A stretch of 64,000 nt of DNA from Myxococcales bacterium (lineage in GTDB: Bacteria > Myxococcota_A > UBA9042), in assembly GCA_037441385.1 (NCBI GenBank), contig JBBISH010000003.1, positions 64,001 through 128,000 on the forward strand. Reading direction: 5' to 3'. Positions 58,598 through 64,000 of this stretch are shown here, one piece after another. The translations under genes and the position numbers were made by a program. Each line of letters opens with the position of its first letter. Positions within the stretch are counted from its first letter, which is position 1. The notes beneath the pieces are model-generated. The model had not been told where the DNA came from. It saw nothing but the letters and a program-made list of their open reading frames with translations, and did no database searches.

Positions 58598-59735
58598 ATG
58601 GCAACTTTTTCCGACCTGAGGTCCTGCGCCAGCGCCATCGACGAGCGAATCGATGCGCTGCGCAGGAGTCTTTGACTGCGACGCCAAAGCCGCCCGCTTG
58701 CATGAGCTGGAAGCCCTGAGCGCCGAGGGCGATTTCTGGCTCGACGCCGACCGCGCCCAGAAATTGATGAAAGAGCGCGGTGACATCGCCGCCGACCTGG
58801 CCAACGTCGATGAGCCGGCCACGGCCGTGCGCGACGTGCGGGACATGGCCGACCTGGCCGAAATGGAAGGCGAAACGGCGATCATCGACGACCTGCAGCG
58901 CCAGCTGGACGAAGTGGCGGCGCGGCTGGACGCCGTGGAATTCGCCCGCACCATGGCGGGCCATACCGACAAGTCGCCGGCCATCCTGCAGATCAACGCC
59001 GGTGCGGGCGGTACCGAAAGCGCGGACTGGGCGCTGATGCTCCTGCGCATGTACACCCGCTGGGGCGAAACGCACGGCATGAAGGTGGAATTGCTGGACG
59101 AAGTGCCGGGCGAAGAGGCCGGCATCCGCAACGCCGTGCTGCGCATCGAGGGCCCGTTCGCGTTTGGCTGGCTCAAAGCCGAGAACGGCGTGCACCGCCT
59201 GGTGCGCATCAGCCCATTTGACGCCGCCAAGCGCCGCCACACCAGCTTTTGCAGCGTGTTCGTCGTGCCCGAAGAAGACGACGAGATCGACATCGAGATC
59301 AACGAAGGCGACCTGCGAGTCGATACCTTCCGCGCGTCGGGCGCGGGCGGCCAGCACGTCAACCGCACCGACTCGGCGATCCGCCTGACCCACATCCCTA
59401 CCGGCATCGCGGTGGCGGTGCAGGCCGAGCGCAGCCAGCACAAGAACCGCAGTCTGGCGATGAAGATGCTGAAAGCGCGCCTGATCGACCTGGAACGCAA
59501 GAAGCGCAACGCCGTCAAAGACGAGATCGAGGCGGCGAAGATGGGCATCAATTTCGGTAGCCAGATCCGCAGTTACGTGCTGCAGCCCTACCAGATGGTC
59601 AAGGACCACCGCACCGGCCACCAGACCAGCAACACGGCCGGGGTGCTCGACGGCGACCTGGGCGGGTTCATGAAGGCGTACTTGCTGGCGTCGGCCTCGG
59701 GGGCGCCGCTGGCGGTGCAGGTGGACGACGACTAA
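58598..59735 (+). CDS. prfB: Peptide chain release factor 2, programmed +1 frameshift (join 58598-58672, 58674-59735)
   Basis: ATG at 58598 with GAGG RBS reads MATFSDL...RRSL-stop; AGGAG-T-CTT-TGA-C shift site; SPF and GGQ motifs in the +1 frame. Confidence 0.96.
58664..58676 (+). promoter_or_regulatory. RF2 frameshift cassette
   Basis: Internal SD AGGAG followed by CTT TGA C. Confidence 0.92.
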
Positions 59736-59762
59736 GTCCGGGTACGGACGTACGTCCCGCGC

Positions 59763-59816
<54 letters not shown>

Positions 59817-59817
59817 C

Positions 59818-59858
59818 AAAAACGACAAGGGCCCGGCCGAAGTACATCGACCGGGCCC
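59818..59858 (-). terminator. Intrinsic terminator of the tRNA operon
   Basis: Minus strand GGGCCCGGTCGA-6nt-TCGGCCGGGCCC followed by TTGTCGTTTTT. Confidence 0.75.
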
Positions 59859-59866
59859 CTGAAGGG

Positions 59867-59939
59867 CGTCCCCAGCGGGAATCGAACCCGCGTTATCGGC
59901 GTGAAAGGCCGGTGTCCTAGGCCGCTAGACGATGGGGAC
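59867..59939 (-). tRNA. tRNA-Glu (TTC)
   Basis: GTCCCCATCGTCTAGCGGCCTAGGAC...CTTTCAC...GGGTTCGATTCCC...TGGGGACG cloverleaf; followed by CCC rather than CCA. Confidence 0.95.
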
Positions 59940-59940
59940 G

Positions 59941-60016
59941 TGGTGAGCCGGGAGGGAATCGAACCCTCGACCAACAGATTAAAAGTCTGCTGCTCTACCG
60001 ACTGAGCTACCGGCTC
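59941..60016 (-). tRNA. tRNA-Lys (TTT)
   Basis: GAGCCGGTAGCTCAGTCGGTAGAGC...CTTTTAA...GGTTCGATTCC...CCGGCTCACCA, 76 nt. Confidence 0.97.
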
Positions 60017-60099
60017 AGGTAGGTCGGCAAATCCGGGGAAACACGCTTGGGTGTCAGGTTGCGGTGGCCTAAAGCCGCACGCCCGCGCAGGGCCGGCGC

Positions 60100-60128
60100 A
60101 GTCTAGAGACGAATGCCGGCAGCGTCAA
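60100..60128 (-). promoter_or_regulatory. Sigma70-type promoter of the tRNA operon
   Basis: Minus strand TTGACG-N17-TAGACT followed by a GC-rich discriminator. Confidence 0.7.
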
Positions 60129-60248
60129 GGCCCGTCGCGCCAGCAATTGCCAAAGCGCTGTTGACACCGCGCAGTTGACAGCAGCGGGCAATGACCGCAC
60201 ATTGCGCGGCGTTCCAGCCCGTCGCTGGCCCACTACCGCAGCGAGCCG

Positions 60249-62060
60249 ATGAAGGCCAACCACATCCGAAACTTCAGCATCATCGCCCACATCGACCACG
60301 GCAAGTCGACGTTGGCCGACCGCATCCTCGAGCTGACCGGCGCCGTTGAAAAGCGCGAGATGCAAGAGCAGTACCTCGATTCGATGGATATCGAGCGCGA
60401 ACGCGGCATCACCATCAAATCGCAGGCGGTGCGGCTGCTCTACACGGCCAAGGACGGGCGCGAGTACACGCTGCACCTGATCGACACCCCCGGACACGTG
60501 GATTTTCACTACGAAGTCTCGCGCTCGCTGGCGGCGTGCGAAGGGGCGCTGCTGGTGGTCGACGCCTCGCAAGGCGTGGAGGCGCAGACCCTGGCCAACG
60601 TGTATCTGGCCATCGATCAGGGCCTGGAATTGGTGCCCGTGATCAACAAGATCGACCTGCCCGCCGCCCGACCCGAAGAGGTGGTGCGCGAGATCGAAGA
60701 AGGCATCGGCATCGACGCGTCGGGCGCGGTGTACGCCTCGGGCAAGACGGGCCTCGGCATCGTCGAGGTGCTAGAAGCGGTGATTGCCCACGTGCCGCCG
60801 CCAGAAGGCGACCCGCAAGCTCCCTTGCGCGCTATGGTTTTTGACAGCCAGTACGACAACTACCGCGGCGTGCTGGTGCAAGTGCGGGTGATCGACGGCA
60901 GCGTGAAGAAGGGCGATCGCGTCTACTTCATGGAGTCGGGCACCGAGTACGAAGTGCTGGAAGTCCGTATTCGCACACCCAAAGACGTGGTGGTCGATCA
61001 GCTGGAATTTGGCGAGTCCGGCGTGCTCGTCTGCGGCATCAAGACGGTCCGCGACGTGCAAGTCGGCGAAACAATTACGGGCGCCAAGCGGCGCGCCGAG
61101 CATCCGCTCAAGGGCTTCAAGAAGATCCAGCAGATGGTGTTCTCGGGCATTTTCCCGGTTGAGTCGCACGACTACGAAAAGCTCCGCGACGCCATCGAAA
61201 AGTTGGCCCTGAACGACTCGGCGTTCTCGTGGGAGCCCGAGACCAGCTCGGCGCTGGGGTTCGGTTTCCGCTGTGGTTTCTTGGGGATGCTGCACATGGA
61301 GGTGTTCCAGGAGCGGCTCGAGCGCGAGTTCGACGTCGACCTGATCACCACCGCGCCCAGCGTGGTTTACCATGTCTACAAGAACGACAAGACCATGCTG
61401 GAAATCAGCAATCCCGGCGATCTGCCACCGACCGGCGACATCGACCGCATCGAAGAGCCGATCGTGCGGGCGACCATCCACACGCCGACCGAGCACATCG
61501 GGCCGATCGTCAAGCTCTGCACCGATCGCCGCGGCCAGCAAAAGGATATGCGCTACATCTCGCAGAACCGCGTGATGCTGGAGTACGAGATCCCGCTGGC
61601 CGAGATCGTGTTCGACTTCTTTGACAAGCTGAAGACGGCGACGCGCGGCTACGCCAGCTTGGATTACGAATTCAAGCAGTTCCGCGCCGACGACCTGGTC
61701 AAGCTCGACGTGCTGCTGCACAGCGACATCGTCGACGCGCTGAGCGTGATCGTCCACCGCGAAAAGGCGTACGAGAAGGGCAAGGCCCTGGTGCACCGGC
61801 TGCGCAAGGTCATCCCGCGCCAACAGTTCGACGTGGCCGTGCAGGCCGCCGTGGGCGCGCGCATCATCTCGCGCGAGACCGTCAAAGCCATGCGCAAAGA
61901 CGTGACCGCCAAGTGTTACGGCGGCGACATTTCGCGCAAGCGCAAGCTGCTCGAGCGCCAGAAAGAGGGCAAGAAGCGCATGAAGATGGTCGGCACCGTC
62001 GACGTGCCGCAAGAGGCCTTCTTGGCGGTGCTGTCGAGCGACGGCGACGACGACGATTAG
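60249..62060 (+). CDS. lepA: Translation elongation factor 4
   Basis: [53 protein letters not shown]. Confidence 0.98.
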   Translation: MKANHIRNFSIIAHIDHGKSTLADRILELTGAVEKREMQEQYLDSMDIERERGITIKSQAVRLLYTAKDGREYTLHLIDTPGHVDFHYEVSRSLAACEGALLVVDASQGVEAQTLANVYLAIDQGLELVPVINKIDLPAARPEEVVREIEEGIGIDASGAVYASGKTGLGIVEVLEAVIAHVPPPEGDPQAPLRAMVFDSQYDNYRGVLVQVRVIDGSVKKGDRVYFMESGTEYEVLEVRIRTPKDVVVDQLEFGESGVLVCGIKTVRDVQVGETITGAKRRAEHPLKGFKKIQQMVFSGIFPVESHDYEKLRDAIEKLALNDSAFSWEPETSSALGFGFRCGFLGMLHMEVFQERLEREFDVDLITTAPSVVYHVYKNDKTMLEISNPGDLPPTGDIDRIEEPIVRATIHTPTEHIGPIVKLCTDRRGQQKDMRYISQNRVMLEYEIPLAEIVFDFFDKLKTATRGYASLDYEFKQFRADDLVKLDVLLHSDIVDALSVIVHREKAYEKGKALVHRLRKVIPRQQFDVAVQAAVGARIISRETVKAMRKDVTAKCYGGDISRKRKLLERQKEGKKRMKMVGTVDVPQEAFLAVLSSDGDDDD

Positions 62061-62078
62061 CCGTCAATCGGCCGTGAA

Positions 62079-62885
62079 CTAAGACTTCTTGCGGGTGCGC
62101 TTGGTCGGCTTGCCGTCGTCGTCATCGTCGCCACCCGGCTTGATCACCTGCCGATAGGCGGCGGCCGCGGCGGCCAGCGCTTGATCGTAGCCCAGCGCTC
62201 CAAAGCCTGGGCCGACCCGCAGCTGGGCAACGCCCTGCCAATCCCCTTCGCCAATCGCCGACTTGAGCGGATCGCTGGTGGCGATGACCTGAGCCACCGC
62301 GTCGAGCTGGGCGGTCGGGTTGCCGGTCAGCGCCTGCATCATCGCCTGCGCGTTGGGGAATCCGGCGGACTCGGCTTCGCTGCCACTGACCTGGGCAATG
62401 CCCATGCGCAGCGACCGATAGGCCGCCTCGCCGTCCAAAGCTTTGGCCTGCTCAAAAACGCGCTGCTCGGCCTGCTGGTCGCGGTGGGTGGCCGCCAGCC
62501 AGCGCCCCGTCTCGCGGAAAAACGCGTACGGCTCGAAACGAATCGCCAGCGCCTCTTGGCCCGTCGCCTTGGGCAGGTACTGCCCCTCAGCGAGCACGAC
62601 AGCCGCCAAATTCTCGCCCGGGACGCCCAGCTTGCCCGCTGCCGTGCGGATCTGTTCGCCGTGCTGAGCGGCCAGAGTCTGGGCCGACTGGTACAGCTCG
62701 CTGGCCGGGGCGGCGGGTGCTACGGCCGGTTGCGACCCCGAGGTGCCCGGCGATCGCGCGGCGGCCGCGCCTTGGTAGCGGTGACCGGCAGCGGCGTCCG
62801 GGGCCGCGCGCCCCACGGCGGCCGTCTTGCCCGTACTGGGCGCGGGGCGAGAGTTCTGCTGCTGCTTGGGCGCTTCGTGCTTCAT
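62079..62885 (-). CDS. N-acetylmuramidase (DUF3380)-like domain protein, divergent
   Basis: LAAVVLAE, IRFEPYAF, A.ALD.EAA..S..MG..Q, QLDA, W...A....GP......YD..LA.A pattern; start uncertain. Confidence 0.6.
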   Translation of the reverse strand: MKHEAPKQQQNSRPAPSTGKTAAVGRAAPDAAAGHRYQGAAAARSPGTSGSQPAVAPAAPASELYQSAQTLAAQHGEQIRTAAGKLGVPGENLAAVVLAEGQYLPKATGQEALAIRFEPYAFFRETGRWLAATHRDQQAEQRVFEQAKALDGEAAYRSLRMGIAQVSGSEAESAGFPNAQAMMQALTGNPTAQLDAVAQVIATSDPLKSAIGEGDWQGVAQLRVGPGFGALGYDQALAAAAAAYRQVIKPGGDDDDDGKPTKRTRKKS

Positions 62886-63010
62886 GCTCACCGCGGCGGG
62901 GCCGTTCAAGCGTTTTGCCACGGCTCGGCCGCATTCGCAAACCTTTGGCGGCAAGGCCCCGCGGTTTGACCTTTTGGCCTGGGCCGGTGTCCAATCGCCA
63001 GGAGCGTTCC

Positions 63011-63673
63011 ATGTCGGTGTCGTCCAACTCGCTTGCTCATCTCCCGTTGCCGCAGGTACCGATGGCCGCTGCGCAGGACGATCCCCAGCAAGATGACACC
63101 CGGCTGCTCGAGCGGGTGGTTCAAGGCGATCGGCAGGCTTTTGCCGTGCTGGTGCGGCGCCATCAGCGCACGGTGTTCCACATTGCGTGGCGCTATCTTC
63201 ACGACGACGAAGATGCCCGCGACGTGACCCAGGCCGCCTTCGTCAAGGCCTGGCAGAATTGCGCAAGTTTCCGTGGCGAATCGACTTTTCGCACCTGGCT
63301 CGTGCAGATCGCCATCCACCTGGCGCTGAACTTCCGCCGCGATCGCAGCCGCCACCAACAAGACCCGCTGGACGACGACAAGCGCGCCCTGCCCGACCCG
63401 CACGCCCAGCACCCCACGGACCGCATCGCCCACGCCGAGACGGCCGAACAGCTGCGGCAGGCGGTGGCGGCCCTGCCGGCCAAACAGCGTATGGTCGTGG
63501 AATTGCGCGTCCATGAAGGACTTTCGTTCAAGGAAGTGGCCGAGATCGCCGACTGCAGCGAGGACTCGGCCAAGGCCAATTTTCACTACGCCCTGAAGCG
63601 TTTGCGCAGTTGGCTCGCCACTGTGCCCAATTCCAAACCCGATGGGCCGCAGGCCAAGCCAGACGTGCCGTAA
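63011..63673 (+). CDS. ECF RNA polymerase sigma factor
   Basis: GD.QAF..LV, DARDVTQ.AF, FRGESTFRTWL, LP.KQR...L....GLSFKEVAEI. Confidence 0.92.
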   Translation: MSVSSNSLAHLPLPQVPMAAAQDDPQQDDTRLLERVVQGDRQAFAVLVRRHQRTVFHIAWRYLHDDEDARDVTQAAFVKAWQNCASFRGESTFRTWLVQIAIHLALNFRRDRSRHQQDPLDDDKRALPDPHAQHPTDRIAHAETAEQLRQAVAALPAKQRMVVELRVHEGLSFKEVAEIADCSEDSAKANFHYALKRLRSWLATVPNSKPDGPQAKPDVP

Positions 63674-63700
63674 GAGCAGGCGCACGCGCCGGAGGATACG

Positions 63701-64000
63701 ATGCAACCCCTGGACCCCCCAAACGATCCTGCCGTGCGCCGCGCGCAGCTGCAGCTGATCGCCGGCGGCAAGCCGGATCGCTGCCAAGAGCTGTCGAGCG
63801 ATCTGGCGCTGTGGGCCGACGACGCCCTGGACGATGCCCAGGCCCAGCAAGTGGCGGATCATGTGCGCGTTTGCCGTGCCTGTGCCGCCGAGTCGCGGGC
63901 GCTGCGCGAGACGCTGGCCCTGCTGCGCGATGCCGACGAGCAGAGCCGGCCGGCACGCACCCCTGGATTTTGGCTCGCATTGGAGGCTTCGGTACTGGCT
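63701..64000 (+). CDS. Zinc-finger (zf-HC2/ZAS) anti-sigma factor, truncated by the window end
   Basis: GGAGG RBS; MQPLDPP...HVRVCRAC (HxxxCxxC) directly downstream of the ECF sigma; absent from the ORF track because it runs off the window. Confidence 0.8.
   Translation, partial: MQPLDPPNDPAVRRAQLQLIAGGKPDRCQELSSDLALWADDALDDAQAQQVADHVRVCRACAAESRALRETLALLRDADEQSRPARTPGFWLALEASVLA

Noticed and set aside
59865..60016. tRNA genes as an integration site for a genomic island
   Set aside because: No duplicated tRNA 3' end or integrase in the window; the flanks are core genes (prfB, lepA)
60157..60203. Two TTGACA hexamers 14 bp apart upstream of lepA
   Set aside because: Only a weak -10 (CACATT) follows; not enough to call a promoter or operator

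Overview
High-GC (roughly two-thirds GC by eye) bacterial chromosomal segment, very probably from a Myxococcota/deltaproteobacterial genome. Markers for this are a TIGR04551-like outer-membrane protein, a TonB-fused TonB-dependent receptor, a Uma2 protein, a myxobacterial-type fimT-pilV-pilW-pilX-pilY1 cluster and many Cys-rich lipoproteins. It is mostly core genome: metB-like, rho, lysA, iscS-mnmA-rnc-tatA, glgP, folC, dut, galE, slyD, cobA/sirC, mlaE, frameshifted prfB, tRNA-Lys/tRNA-Glu, lepA and an ECF sigma/anti-sigma pair. I saw no prophage, CRISPR array, integrase or transposase. The most striking item is a stand-alone 90-aa gene (29884-30156, minus strand), buried at the 3' end of a longer ORF call, which closely resembles the archaeal non-histone chromosomal protein MC1. 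It has its own RBS and terminator, so this bacterium may use an archaeal-type chromatin protein. Other notable items: two ~80% identical 127-bp hairpin-forming direct repeats bracketing a small GYF-domain gene, a CTAG-bounded MITE-like element next to the MC1 gene, a ~255-nt C-rich rho leader, a multi-Kazal lipoprotein, a degenerate phage-endolysin-like (DUF3380) protein and several 15-bp tandem repeats. All family assignments come from recalled motifs, not database searches.
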